Shown: piece after piece, positions 12,421 to 25,574 of the stretch
How the letters are laid out: each line of letters starts with the position of its first letter
Numbering within the stretch: the first letter of the stretch is position 1
Origin: Isurus oxyrinchus
Lineage: Eukaryota
Reading direction: 5' to 3'
NCBI GenBank assembly: GCA_026770705.1
Contig: JANJGN010000064.1
Location: 1,736,001-1,800,000 of the forward strand
DNA: 64,000 bases
Notes under the pieces: model-generated
What the model was told of the DNA's origin: nothing
The model's database searches: none
What the model saw: the letters and a program-made list of their open reading frames with translations, nothing else
Position numbers and translations under genes: made by a program

Positions 12421-14418
12421 GACCTCTGGTGCGTATATGGTCAGTTGAGGAAACTATTTCCGCTGGCTTGGAATTTGGGAAAAAGGAACACAGAGACAAC
12501 AAATAGACAGATTTCAACATTGAAATTAGGAAACAATAGAGACAGAAAGGGTGCTGGAAGTTCAGAGCTCCGTTCTGTACATATTAATTGGTGGCTTTAT
12601 TTTAAAGCTGCAATCGATAATGTTTCATTAGAAAATTTATTGACTTAAATGGCAAAAGCGATTTGGCTCCCAATTTGCCACGATATCTTTAAATAATAGA
12701 ACAGAACCTAGGGAATAAATGGCCTCACCAAAATCAAAGCTTATGGAAAAGTGGATCATCTTTTGACTCAGGACGCTTCAGCCACTGAACTCAAAAATGA
12801 GTTCATCAATTTAAGTTCTTAATGTCCTTCTTTATCTTCTTTCTTGTTTATTTCCTTTGCGGGCTGTGTTCGGTCTCCTTTATTTAATTGTTCCTACATG
12901 TTGCCTTTGGACGACTTCTATGCAGCTTTTCATAACCTCACTTAGACACACATTTTGTTTATTTGAAGACAGTGCATTTTAGACTGTATTGTAAGGGGAT
13001 TTGAGTTCAAGAATTTATAAGTCTTGCTAAAAAAACAAAGAGCTTTGGTGACATCATACCTTTAATATTATTTGCAGTTTTGATCTGCATCTTTAAGGAA
13101 AGATACCAGTGATTTGGAGGCGGCACAGCGAATCTTCACTGATTGGTCCCCAGGATGAGGGGACAGTCCTATGATGAGACACTGAGTACAATGGAGTAGC
13201 ATTCTGGCTCTGCCACGTGGTTATTACATATGTTACTTTCCGGAACCACCAAAACAGCCACCCATCATGCTCCCGGCTTAATTTCCATGGCTATTGATCC
13301 TGGCATGAGTCTCAACATTTATTTGCACTATCACTGTGCAGATTAAGCCATTCCCAGTTAGCTCGCAGAAACATGGTAATTTTATCTATATAAGTCCACT
13401 TAAGGGAAAACCTGGATTGTTCTATAAATTGAACATTCTCAGAAGTCAATAAGCAACGGATTGATAAATGTTTCATCACAGTACTCAGAGCTAAAACCAT
13501 CCCACAACTGGGCTGGTGCTATGAGATGTCATTTTAATAAATTAGACCCGCAGCCACATGGAACAAATAGATGGATGCTGTCATTTAGTTCCCTGGTTTT
13601 TTGTGGCGGGAGGGGAGGGGGGTCGCGGGAGCAGCATCAGAGGTTAGCAGTATTGTATATAAATTCCAAATCTTTACTGGAAAGATAGGAATTTTTATAA
13701 AAGGGCTTGCACAGGAAAAAAGTACTCCTGTGTAAAACCTGTGCTCCATCCGTTAAAGCGGGTCACCATCTTGCCGAAAGATATCCAGCTGTCCCGCCGC
13801 AACCGTGGGGAGCGACCCTAAAACTGGTTCAGCACTATATCTAACAACGGCTCTTTTATAGAGCCACAAAATGGACAAAGGGAAGGGCTGTGATCTGTGA
13901 CTGCTGAGACCAGCATTTCCCCACCCCCTAATTGCTCTTTGCAACTGCGATTTTAATAAGACCCAGTGCTTTGCTAGACCAATTCAGGGGGACAGTTTAG
14001 AGCTCTGTGTCTGGAGTCACATTTTGACCAATCCATGGTCGGAAGGAAAGACCTAGAACAAGTGATCTGTGTTTGACTCCAGAAATGAGGTTGATCTTCA
14101 ATTAATGGAGGGTGAGTCTGCTATCTGACCTAAAATACAGCAACAGCATCTCCGGGATCTGCCAGGACTTCACATTTCCACAACAGGCACTATGTGAAGC
14201 AGTTTCCCAATTGGAAAAATCAATCCCTCTCCCTTTTACCTCTCACTGGAATTTATGTGACTTAATATCTCACCGAAAGAAATCGAATCTTCAAAGCTTT
14301 GAAAGCCCTTTGCAGATTCGGACTTTCATACAGCCCAATAAGAGATGAACAATAATGTTTGCAGCAAAGTAGTGGGATATAATTTGGAAGTTTACATTGC
14401 AAAGCTCTAGTCAGTGTT

Positions 14419-14492
14419 GGCGTTGTGACTTAGATAGTTAAAGCGCTTGTTTAATGTAAAAGCGATTCTGCTTTTAATTGTCAGATGTGTCT
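14419..14492 (+). pseudogene. tRNA-Thr(AGT) pseudogene
   Basis: GGCGTTGTGACTTAGATAGTTAAAGCGCTTGTTTAAT... versus GGCGCCGTGGCTTAGTTGGTTAAAGCGCCTGTCTAGT...; B-box destroyed. Confidence 0.7.
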
Positions 14493-15136
14493 TTATCGAT
14501 TTGTCGATGCATGGCTTTAAATAAAAACATTGACGTCCAGAGGCAGCATTGATAATTAGGCGACGACATACTGAAGCCAGATAGGATCATTGTTTCCTTG
14601 GGAAGTCATGCAGGAGGAACATTTTAAAATATTGCGGTGACAACTGTGGGCAAAGTTTGAATGATTTATGTTACTGCGCTTTAGGAAGGAACGAACGGGG
14701 AGAGATAAATGTTGGTGCTTTTTTGATGAAGTCCTTGGGCTGGCAGATTTATTTCCATCCCTACAATTTGTGATTTGGACTATTTAGAAGCTTTGTTGAT
14801 TTCAATGTGATGTCATCACACGTTCCCACTACAAACACCGTTAGAAATTGTTTATTCATTTTGTAGCTTCCGACTCCAATTATATCTTCCCGAAACCAAT
14901 GCAATCTTCAAAGCTTTAAATGCCCAGTGCAGATAACTGGCTAACAACAGTTGCGAGGTCACACACCATGTGTCAGGAGTGAGTAGTTGGTGCAAATTAG
15001 AATAATTGTAAAATGAAGCCAAAGGGAGGGTGCTGGTCTGCTTGAGAGGAAAACGGAGCTGGAGAAGATGAGTCACCTCACAAGGGAATGCATAAAAAGC
15101 TTGTGACGCCGCTTTTTAAGTAGTGATGGCTGCTCT

Positions 15137-15209
15137 CACTGGGCAGCTCTTTCGTTAGGGCACCAGAATTTTAATCTGAGCGTTCAAGTGATAGGTCCAC
15201 GTCTGGCTG
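15137..15209 (+). pseudogene. tRNA-Lys(TTT) pseudogene
   Basis: AGCTCTTTCGTTAGGGCACCAGAATTTTAATCTGAG matches AGCTCAGTCGGTAGAGCATCAGACTTTTAATCTGAG. Confidence 0.65.
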
Positions 15210-16082
15210 TTCACTTTCGGCTTAAGATGTTCACGCCCGGTGAAACGACCAAATGAAACAGCCTTGGATGCTGAACTCTTCAAAGGGAGCTGAGGAACTG
15301 GCAGCGTTACTTTGATTTCCAACAAAGGATCCACTCTCTTGCAATTGTTGTAGCCTCGATCAATTTAAATTCTTTCCTGGGTTTCCAGGTACTCCTTGTG
15401 TGAAGAGTGCTTCCTGACATTCCTCTTGCTTGGCTGGCACCTGCGCTGTGGAACTGTGACCAAAACAAAAAATCAACATTCAACCCCATTCTTCCTGCCG
15501 GTTGAAATGGCTTCTCTGTGTTTAAACTAACAATTCACTTTAACAGGTTAGAAGCCTCGATCAGATCATTTTTCTATAATGATGAGAATAGAAAAAACAG
15601 TTAATCCCTGAAAATGAAACTAAAGATTTCGTAAGGATCGTGGAGATGGCTGGTGGATTGATTGATGCGAATTTTTCCTTCAATGAGCCAGCACTGACAG
15701 GATGTTCCAAATGGCCTATTTATCGGCTGACCCCATTGTATGCTAATACGAATCGTGGATGATGAAATTTAACTCCAGATGTAACCGGCTGAACTCCAGA
15801 GCCCACTGGTCAATCAGCGCTGCTTCCTTTCCTAGCTTAGTATAATCCTGATGTATCTTCTGAGCAGTGTCTGCAACAACATGAGAAATAGGGACAGGTG
15901 TGTCATGTGTCTTAAGGCTTCACAAACCGTCCAGACCTTCTTGGTTGAATGTCCACCTCATTTGCTCCTTCCTCAAAATTCTTATTTCGTGCTGCCCTAC
16001 AGCCCCGTAACAGATGAAGAATTATCTATGAACTTACCGCAAAATAGTGAAATACGGTTCAAAACATAACTGTTTGTGACTT

Positions 16083-16157
16083 AGCAGTGTGGTAGAGTGG
16101 GTCATGTCTTACATATAGTCATGCAGACGATCCTGAGTTCAGATTTCAATGGTGCTG
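16083..16157 (+). pseudogene. tRNA-Thr(AGT)-like pseudogene (second copy in unit)
   Basis: GTGG..AGT.GGT...TAGT...CAG..GATCCTGAGTTC..AT..CA..GGTGC aligns to Thr-AGT 3' half GATCCTGGGTTCGAATCCCAGCGGTGC. Confidence 0.5.
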
Positions 16158-16929
16158 TTATTTATTTAAAATTAATCAGGCAAAGAGCTGAACATTTTCA
16201 GGTCGTGAGGAAGCATATAGAATGAATGTGAACATAAAGAAGCACAATAGGATCGAACTTCCCTTTGAAAAGAACGTGCACCGGTATGCTTATGTATCGC
16301 TCCCTTTTCAGTTCATTCCAATGTACCAGTGGGTTTGCCATATTACGTGAATGATAACTGCTTTGTGGTCAGTGCAGAAGTCGTGCAGGATATAACATTT
16401 TCTTTTCCTCTCTGTTTTTATCCACTGCATGCACTTACATGAAGAGGAGCAACATGGATCAATCTACGAACGTCTCAAAGGATTTGAGACGTTTTTCCAG
16501 CAAAAAAAAACAAGATTTTAAAGACATCTCAATCAAGCACTAATTTTGTAAAAACAAATGTTTTTCTCCGCTTTCATTCCACCTGGAAACTGTTGTTGGG
16601 ATGAACCTCACTGAATAGACGGTGACCGATAAGGTTTGGTCCACTATGGGAAGCTTTGAACTGAGGATGGCACAGGACACTAGGGTAGGACTGCAGCGAC
16701 CCTCGGAACACATTGACAGCCTTTTATTTTATTGCTTCCTGAATTTAAGATTCGCTGCTGAGGTCATCATTAATATTCAGGGCCTCGTTCCCAATCAGTG
16801 TTTAATTGTCCACCGCCTTTCACGACTGGAAGTGACAGAACTGCACAACTTAGATCCGATGTGTTGGTAATGGAATCACATCGAAAGCGATTGTCTATGA
16901 GGACAACAGACATGGCACAAAAAAAAAAG

Positions 16930-17420
16930 AAGAATGGTGTAATGGGAATAACATAAGTAGGATTTCTAAGTGTCCCTAAGAGTTTAGCCTCAGCTGGTGC
17001 ATCCCGTCTGGTTCTGTGCGCTACAATTTAGGAAGGATATTAAGGACGCTGGAAGGAGTGCAGAACAAATTCACGAGATGGCTGCTGAGATGAGGAACTT
17101 CAGTTAGGAAGATAGATTGCACAGGTTAGGACGGTTTCTGGGAGAAAAGAAGGCTGAATGGAGATTTGATAGAAGGATGGAAAATCACGAGGGGCCTGAG
17201 CAGATTTGATGGGAGGAAAGTGTTCCCGTTCGTGAAAGGATCAAGTTCGAGCTGTTGCAGATTTAAAGTATTTGCTAAAAAAAATACTGAGACAAAGAAA
17301 AATAAAACTTTATTTTTTCTCGCAGGAAGAGGTTAAGGTCTGGAATGCAGCGCCTGTGATTGAGGTGAAATGAACTGCGAGGGAAGAATTAAGAACGGAC
17401 TGAAATCTGGAAAGGAAGAA
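16930..17420 (+). mobile_element. CR1 3' ORF2 fragment inside duplicated unit
   Basis: tttaggaaggat, atgaggaacttcagtta, gagaaaagaaggctg, gatttgataga; paralogous copies at 20160-20770, 47110-47610 and inverted at 50480-51060. Confidence 0.75.
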
Positions 17421-17586
17421 CGTTCATGCTTGCAACTTAATATCTCACCTGAAGAAATAGAATCTTCAAAGTTTTGAAAGCCCAGTGCAGCTGAAGGTTT
17501 TCAATTCGCACAAATGAACAATAATATTTGTAGCGAAGAAGTGGGATGCAATTCAGAACTTTGCTTTGTAAACTCTGGTCAGTGTT

Positions 17587-17660
17587 CGGCTTGTGACTTG
17601 GTTATTTAAAACGCTTCTTTAATACACATGAGATACTCTGTTAAAATGTCAGTGGCACCT
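17587..17660 (+). pseudogene. tRNA-Thr(AGT) pseudogene
   Basis: Paralogue of 14419-14492; ends ...CAGTGGCACCT (Thr ...CAGCGGTGCCT). Confidence 0.55.
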
Positions 17661-18344
17661 TTATCCTTTCAGTCAATGCATGGTTTTAAATTTAACCAAT
17701 GACGTCCGGAAACAGAGTAGAGAATTAGGAGCCGATGTAATGAAGCCAAACGGGATAACCGTTTCTTTGGGAGGTTCAAGCGGAAGGAGCAATTTGAAAT
17801 ATTGCCGGCGAAAATGATGAGCGAGAGTTGAATTTTTTGCGTTACTGCATGTTCGCCAGGAATGAATGAGGAGGGATAAGTGTTGCAGTCCTTTTTGATG
17901 AGATCCTTGGGTTGACACTTTCTTCAACCCGACACTTTGTGATTTGCACAATGTATAGCGTTACTCCGAATAAGCTTCGTGGTTTTCAGTGTGACGGTGT
18001 CACCAGTTCCCACAACAAGCACGATATGATTTTTTTTAATCCACTTGAGAAATCTACCTCTGTGCCTTTTGTAACTTCCCACTCCAATTATATCTTACCA
18101 AAACCAAAGAAAGCTGCCAAGGTTTAAAGAGTCAGCGCAGATGCCTGGGCAACAGCAGTTGTCAAATCATACATTGCTGGCAAGGAACGAGTAGTTGGTT
18201 CAAATTATAATAATTGTGAAATGAAGCCAAAGGGAGGCTGCCGGTCTGCCTGTGAGGGGAGTGTGCTGCAGAGGATGAAATACCTAACTGGAAAATTGAA
18301 CAAAAGCTTGTGATATCTCTTGTTCAACAGTGATGGTTAGTAGA

Positions 18345-18423
18345 GGCCGAGTAGCTCTAGAGAGCTCTGTAGAGCATCAGACATATAACCTGAGGGTCCA
18401 GGCTTGAAGTCCCAGTCTGTGGG
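18345..18423 (+). pseudogene. tRNA-Lys(TTT) pseudogene
   Basis: GTAGAGCATCAGACATATAACCTGAGGGTCCAGGCTTGAAGTCCC versus GTAGAGCATCAGACTTTTAATCTGAGGGTCCAGGGTTCAAGTCCC; small duplication in the D-arm. Confidence 0.8.
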
Positions 18424-19303
18424 TTGTCTTTTGGATCAAGCTGTTGATTGCAAGTGAAACGACAAAAGACAGAACAATGGACGCTGACATCTTCAAGGAG
18501 AACTGAAGTAACGTTTCGTTTATTTCCAAGGAAAGATCCACCCTCTCGAAACTGGGGTAGCCTCAATCAATTTATGAATTGTTACTGGGATTCCTGATGC
18601 TCCAAGTGTGATAAGTGGTTCCTGACATATCCGTTATTTGGCACAATCATTGCGGACCTGTGGCAAAACAAAATGTTAAAATTCAATCCCGTTCTTGCCA
18701 CCAGAGGAAACGACTTCTCCGCATTTAACCTAACAATTCATTTTAACAGGTTAAAAACTTCAACCAGATCACGCTTCATTCTCCTGTAATCAAGGGACCA
18801 GAAAAAATATGAATCCCTGAAAGTAGAAAAAAAGATTTGTGCCGGGATGGAGGGACGTCGGGGGATTGACAGTGGGCGAATTTCTCCCTCAAAGAGCCAG
18901 TACAGACAGGATAGGGCAAATGGCCTCGCTCTGTTCTGTATACATTCTATGTTTATTCCAATCTAGGATGATGAATCTTTAACTTCAAAAAAACCCTAAT
19001 GAACTCGGGAATCGCACTGGTGAATCAGCACCGCTTCCATCCCAAGCTCAGTATAATCCTGGTGTTCCCTCTGAGCGGTGTCTGTAAGAAAATGAGAAAA
19101 TGGAGCAGGTGTATCATGTGTCTCACGTCTTTTCAATCATTCCAGAACTTTCTGTTTGGATATCCGTTTCAATTGCTCCTTTCTGAAAACTCTCAATTCC
19201 TGCTGCTCTACGGCCCCATAGCAAATGAATAATTCCAAACGAGTTTGCTGCAAATTAATCAAACACAGTTCAAAACAGGGCTGTGTGATGTTGCTTGTAA
19301 CTT

Positions 19304-19370
19304 AGCGCCGCGGATCGTTTCTTACATTTAATATTGCAGACGGTTCAAAGTTCGATTCTCAATAACGCGG
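19304..19370 (+). pseudogene. tRNA-Thr(AGT)-like pseudogene
   Basis: Paralogue of 16083-16157; begins AGCGCCGCGG (Thr GGCGCCGTGG), keeps GTTCGATTC B-box, D-arm deleted. Confidence 0.45.
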
Positions 19371-20159
19371 TTATTTATTTCAAATTAGTTAAGTAAAGAG
19401 CTGAACATTTTCAAGTCGGGAGGAAGCATATAGAAAGACGTGCGAATATAAAGAACCACAATATGGTCGAAATTCTCTTCGAAGCGAACATGCACCCCTT
19501 TTCTTAAGAATTGCTCCCTCTTCTTTCCATCCTGATGAACTTGTGGGTTTGCACTGTTACCAGAATGATAACCTGTTCGGGGTTATTGCAAAAGTTATGC
19601 TTTGGATGCCATTTTCTTTTCCTGTTAGACCTTTATCCGTCGCACACACTTTAAAAAAAAACGATATTACGGGTACATTTACAAAAGCCTTAAGAGATTT
19701 CAGAAGTAATTCTTCCAAAAAAACTTTAAAGATATCTCAATCAACCACAATTTATTTCAGAGCATTTTGTTCCCCGCTTTCATTCCACCCAGAAACTCTT
19801 CTCGACATGGTTCTCACTGAAGAAATGGGTGACGCTGTGGTATCTGTCATCGTGCTGGTGATGAGATTTGGGGCTTTTGCCCAACTGAGACTGGGACAGG
19901 GCTCCAGGGAAAAATTGATGCAAGGTTTGGAATATATTAACAACTTTTTTCTTTTATTCTTTTGGGGATGTGAGAATCGCTCGTAAGGTGATCATTTATT
20001 CGTGGAGCCTCCTTCTCCAGTAGGTGTTGTCCACTACCATCCATGACTGCATGTGGCAGGCTTACAGTGCATAAATCTGATCCGTTGGTTGTGGGATCAC
20101 CTCGAATGCGATTGCCTGTGAGGACAGGAGACAACATACTTAATGACATAAATAAACAA

Positions 20160-20770
20160 AGAGTATTGTAATGGGAATAAGATAAACAATTTTTGCAGAA
20201 GGTTTTACTTCAGTCTCCGCTGGTGCATCCCCTCTGGTTCTGGTCACTGCTCTTTAGGAAGGATGTGAAGATGCGAAGGATGTTGCGAAGAGGGCAGAAA
20301 AAATCACGAGAATGCTTCTTGGGATGAGGAACATCAGTCACGAAGATATATTTGAGAAGTTAGGACTGATTCCCTGGGAGAAAAAGGGGCTGAACTGAGC
20401 TTTGATAGACGGATTCAAAATTACGAGAGGCCTGGGAGTGTTCCCGTTCATGAAATGATCAAGATCAAGTTGATGCAGATTTAAAGTATTTGTTCACAAA
20501 GATCAGAAGTGAAACGGAGGAAAAAATAGAAAAAAAAGTTTTTTTTGAAGAAAATGCTTAGGCCTGGAATGCACCCCCTAAGAGGTGGAGGGAGGTTCAA
20601 GGGAAGCATTGAAAAGAAGATAAGACTGTTATTTGGAAATGAAGAACGTTCATAAAGGAACGTGGCGGGTAATGACACAAAGTGAATTGCTCATTCAGAG
20701 AAATGGTGCAGACATGATGGGTCGAATGACATTCACCTGCGCTGTGGCAATTCTGAGCTTCTGTCATTCT
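20160..20770 (+). mobile_element. CR1 3' fragment with tail
   Basis: Same CR1 segment as 16930, extending to gcagacatgatgggtcgaatgac...ctgcgctgtg tail. Confidence 0.75.
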
Positions 20771-22919
20771 GTGGTTATGATATTGCACACAAAATATATG
20801 CCCAGATGAGGTTGTGAACGGCAGCACAGCAACCTCCCGAATGTAACATGGAGGTTAAAATAAGAAACGGGACAAACCAAACCAGCAAATACACGCTAGA
20901 AAGAAAATGGGGACAGATGTTCGGATCTAAATTTGTTGAATTCAATGTTGAGTCTAGGAAGCTGCAGATTACCCAGTTGGAACACGAGGTGATGTTCCTC
21001 GATGTTTGCTGCTGTTAACGGCATTAAGCACCTAGAACATGCTGAATGATGTTGTGCCTGATTTGTGACTATCTCAATATAGTCGCCATTGCCACATCGT
21101 CCTTAATACCCTCTGATAAAATTCTATGAATCTCAGATTTAAAGTAAAACAGTTACTCGAGCATTAGTTTCTGTATCCAAATGGGAGCTCTGAAGTTCCA
21201 GCATCCTTTGTGTGTAGAATTGTTTCATAATTTCCATACTGGGATACATGGCTTTACTTTTTAAACTATGGCCCTTCATGCGAGTCTTCAAGGAAGTGGG
21301 AATAGATTCTTGGATTGATCTTATGTTTCTTCTTGCAACACGAAACCTTGGATCAAATAATTGCAAAAATCACGAGGGAAGATTCGGTACAGCAGCAGTC
21401 AGTGGCTTAAAAATAGGTCGTGTGCTGTGTTTTAGTGTCCAGAACTGAGGAGCATTAGGCGTGAGTTCAACAAGCAAACAGAGTTGCAGAGCAAGAAAAC
21501 TGAAAGATTGGCGAGGAGTCAGAGTGAGGAATATGAATTTTGTTCAGGATTCTTTCCAAAATGTTTCCAGGTAGAAAAGAACAGTAGTACAGACACTGGA
21601 AAAATGCAAGATGAATAAACAGAAAGCTCCAGAAATATTCAGCAGGCCATAGAGCATCTAAGGAGCAAAAGGCCAGGTCGATAAGGTCTTATCAAAATTG
21701 AAGAAATATGTGAAAACAACATATTTTATACCAGTGGAGTGCGGGAGGGGGTGGGATGTACGAAACAGATTGTCAATGGAGTTGGAGGGCGGGGGGGGGG
21801 GGGGGGGGGGGCACACTTCATGGTTACAAACATATTGTAATGCCTGTAGGAAGGAAACATAATAGCTGTGTCCATATGAGGCTGTGAATGGCCCCTTAGC
21901 AAATGTGCGAATTTAACACGAAGGAATAAAGAAAAGATCATGACAAAACAATATTGAGGCAGAAGATTGGATCTAAAATTGTCGAATTCAATGTTGAAAC
22001 CAGACGCCGCTGTCGTACTCCATTGAAATACCCGGCACTGTTCATCGAGATTTGCTCTTGTTAAGACCCTTTATTCGCTGGTGTATGTTCGTTATTCTGA
22101 GAACCTGGTTGGTTGGCGTGTACCTCCATATGTTCGTTTACCCCTCATATTCGTTAAGAACATCGTTTAAGATAACACTTTGAACCTGCTTTTTAAAATA
22201 AAGCCATGGGTTAAATAGAAATTGGCGTGCTCAGATGTCCTGCTCTCTTTGTGCGCAAAATTGTTTTATAAGTCCAGCAGAGAAATCTCGAATTTTCCTA
22301 CTGTGACTGTGGCCCTATGTCCAGGATTCCCAACCAGCGGCAATGGTATATGGGTCTGGTCTTAAACGTTCAAAGTTACAAAAATAAAAATATCGAATCC
22401 TTCCTGCAATCATGAGGAAGGAGGATGGCAAAGGGACAGTCAATCTTTTAAATATAGGGCCTCAGCTATGGTTTACAGAGGGAAATTGAAGAGGGTAAGG
22501 AGGGAGTTCAAAAGCCAAGCAGAGATATAGAGGAAGACAATTGTAATATTGGCGAGGAAGAAGAGGGAGGAACGTGAACGGCATTCACCATCTTTCAACT
22601 TTTACTCAATGAAAGAAGAAAAATAAATTAATCCCTGAGCCAAGGAGCTGCTGATTCATGGCGTGACTTAAAGATAGAACTTGAGTTCGCAGATTCACGG
22701 TGTTTATTGAGTGGTAGATGATGGGATAAGTAAATAAATAACAGATGGAAGTTGATTGGCAGGATCATGAACTGATCTTTGCTGCAGGGTCAGTTCTCGC
22801 CTAATAGCCTAATGATATTTCAATGGCTAATGATAGCTGTTACTACAAAATACGGAGTTAGAAATATAACACAACATGGACAAACTTAATGGCAATCTTA
22901 TTAATTCCAGTCAAGCATA

Positions 22920-23990
22920 TTGGGGTCAAGGGTTTATTCGGGTCGATTGTATGCTCAGGTCATCTGGACAGTTTGGGCAGGGTGAGCAGTATGTTGGGGT
23001 ATAGTCCGGTCGGGTGGGCAGACCGGTCGGGTAAGCATTCGGGTTGATGGTGCAGTGAAGCTTGGTGGATGGTCGCGTCCAGGTGCCAAGAGGATAACCC
23101 AATAGCTTCAACTGTTTGCTGAGCCCCAATACAGAAAATCATCAAACTGACACAAGCTTCAGTCTCATCCGTCTTTAATACATTCCACTAGTTCTTATAA
23201 ATCCACTAATTTAAACTGCACCTGCACCTCTGAAAGAGCAGCAAACCCTTCGCACCTCACAGGCCATTTGACCCAAATCACAGAGAAGTGCAGAAAGGTA
23301 ATGACATCCTTGGTTCCGATTATCCTGCCCTCCCGGCTGCTGTCAAATCAGCATTTCGGAAGCAGTAACTCAGATGTCATTTATGATCAGTACTTGGGTC
23401 AGGGTCAGTAGCCGGATCGTGGGGGAACTGAGGTCAGTTGGGCTGTTGGGTCAGTGGGTTGTCAGTTTGGGGTGGGTAGTTAAGCTGGGCATGGGTTGTC
23501 GGGTCAGATGTGGGTAGCTAGTTGGCTAGGATAAACAATCAGGCTGTGTGAGCAGTCAGGTCATGGAGATGGGTAATCGGGTTGAATGGGCAATCAGGTC
23601 TCAGAAGTAGGTAATCAGTTTGGGTGAGCAGTCGGGTGACACAGGTGGGTAATTGGGTTGGGTGGACACTCCAATCCTACGTAGTTGTTTTGCTTCAGGT
23701 GTGCCGTTGAGTCGGGTTTGTAGCCAGGTTGAGACGTAGTTGGGCAAGAGAGTGTTGTTGGGTGGCAAGTAGCCAGTTCGGGAAAGGGCAATCAGGTATC
23801 GGGGCAAGGGTGTGCAAATTGGGTAAGGAGTAGCCGACTTGGAGGCCGTAATTGGGTCGGTGAGAGAGTAGTTATATTGGTTCGGCCATTGCTTCGGGTG
23901 GGCAATCGGATCAGGTAGGCTGTCAGGGCTGGGGATGTATCCAGGTTTGGCAGGTGATGCTGAGTTGGGGTGTTGGATTTGTTGTGCAGT
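22920..23990 (+). repeat. Degenerate G/T-rich short-period repeat (gggtagtcgg-like units)
   Basis: Many variants of agtcgggt/ggtcgggt/aattgggt/aatcaggt with strong G skew; interrupted at about 23100-23390. Confidence 0.6.
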
Positions 23991-24601
23991 TCAGTTATGC
24001 TGGTTAATCTCTGAGTTAAACCAAAGTTTTAACCAGCCTAACACTTGCAACATAAATATGCAGGCAAGTCCCGTATATCTGACCCCCAATCCTCTTATAC
24101 TGAGCTGGGAGTGGCAGACATTGACAGTGGGCCTACGGCAGCACAAATCAACCAATCAGGAATTTCAATTCCCGAAGCCATTTCAGCACCTGTGCACATG
24201 ACAGGACGCCCGCAGTGTTTGGGATGCGCAACTGGAGCTTAAATTCACTGTTGCGGGCATTGGAAGTCTTAGGACCGTCGCTGTTCATTAAACTGGCGCT
24301 TCACATTTAAGTACCTGCCTTGCAATGGAGATAGGGGCAACACAGAGAGGGTTTACTCCACTTCTGAAGCATATTAATGACGTAACCTGTGTGACAAGAT
24401 GTATAGAAAAACAACTAGTATAATCCCCGTGGAAAATCAGCAGACAATAAATAAATGAAACAAATTGGAAAAGTGGTTTCTGATTCCATTTAAATAAAAA
24501 TACATTGTCATTGATGCACAAAGGCCACCATTCAGAACTGAAACACTGGATACAATTTAACTATTATTAGAACGTGGAGAGTTGGTATCATTTTGCATTT
24601 T

Positions 24602-25481
24602 TTAAATCAGTATCAAAATTAGTGTCCAAGGAAACGTCGCTATCTTCTTCAGCTCTTCCCTGAATTTAATTTGTGCAGCCGCATAAATAACCGTGTTTGT
24701 GCATGAACTCAAATACATGAGCATGTTTCCGGTCTGATGGGCGATGTACACAGGAGCTGTATAATCCGGGCGATCATGAAGGAGCAAACCACCGACTAAG
24801 GAACAAATGACCGCTGTCAACCACAACACTATAAAACTAACTGATACAGTGAACAGTAAAATAATAGATTTCCTTCGGTTCTGTATTTCCGGATCACTCT
24901 GATTCTTGCTGCTTTGACCCCGGAGCTCGTCTGGCTACTAAAATTCATCTGACTGTCAAAGAACTAAGAAGCAATATCAAAGGGAAAGGAATGCAAATCA
25001 ATAAAATGCTTTGTAGCCAAGTAAATGCACACCAAAAGGAGATGTGTATAATTCCAGGCTGTGTTGGAGACTCCTTTGAACATTGTTAACTGTTCGCTTA
25101 GGTTCAAATGCAAACCAATATGGTATGTTTTCTAAAAACGAGAGGGTACAGATTGATGTTTGAACTGTAGCCTTAGTTCGCACTATGCAATATGTTGTCT
25201 TAAACTTGTAAATACATATGGAGACAAACTGGTCAAATGTGAAGGAGAATGTAAACCAGACCGATAAATACACGTAGGTATTAACTGTGTACATTATGAA
25301 CTTGCAAATGGGTGTATAGTGCATGATTATTTGTGGAAAATGCATACCCAGGATTTTATGCATGAGAACATTGTTGAGCATGAGCAGTAGATGGCTGTTG
25401 CCATGGACACCATATAGAAAGAAATGCATTTTGAAAGGCCGCAGTTTCCTCTGGAGAGAATCTCGATTGTCATCAGGTTCG
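24602..25481 (-). pseudogene. GPR139-like GPCR second (main) exon, pseudogene
   Basis: Acceptor ctccctttttcccacag| at 25482 then (A)NLMTIEILSRGNCGLSKCISFYMVSMATA; TM3 SVWFTFSFTFDQFVSIC; ICL3/TM6 DPEIQNRRKSIILLFTVS; TM7 LSSCTNTVIYAAAQIKFREELK; stop at 24602. At least three frameshifts, one in-frame TGA (LTVR*), DR changed to DQ. Confidence 0.9.
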
Positions 25482-25574
25482 CTGTGGGAAAAAGGGAGAG
25501 TAAGTAGGTAGCATGGGCACTCAGGTACATTCCACAGAACATTATAAGAAATGTTTCTGTGCATTTCTACTCGG

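Larger units (their letters stand above)
14250..20770 (+). repeat. Old tandem duplication, period about 3.2 kb (14250-17430 vs 17430-20770)
   Basis: Colinear matches such as acttaatatctcacc..aagaaat.gaatcttcaaag at 14260 and 17435, aaagagctgaacattttca.gtcg.gaggaagcatataga at 16181 and 19395; each unit ends in the same CR1 fragment. Confidence 0.9.

Noticed and set aside
15851-16069. Same-frame ORFs (..NMRNR.RC..C..) in three unit copies (15851+, 18999+, 38346-)
   Set aside because: Substitutions are mostly non-synonymous, starts and stops differ, the fourth copy (6280-6440) is frameshifted, and no domain is recognisable; best read as duplicated spacer
16454-16520. ATG GAT CAA (MDQSTNVS) resembling the GPCR exon-1 start
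   Set aside because: No hydrophobic TM1 or GVP-donor follows, and the paralogous unit lacks it
19543-19986. 147-aa ORF
   Set aside because: Frame not conserved in the tandem paralogue, no motif, non-ATG start
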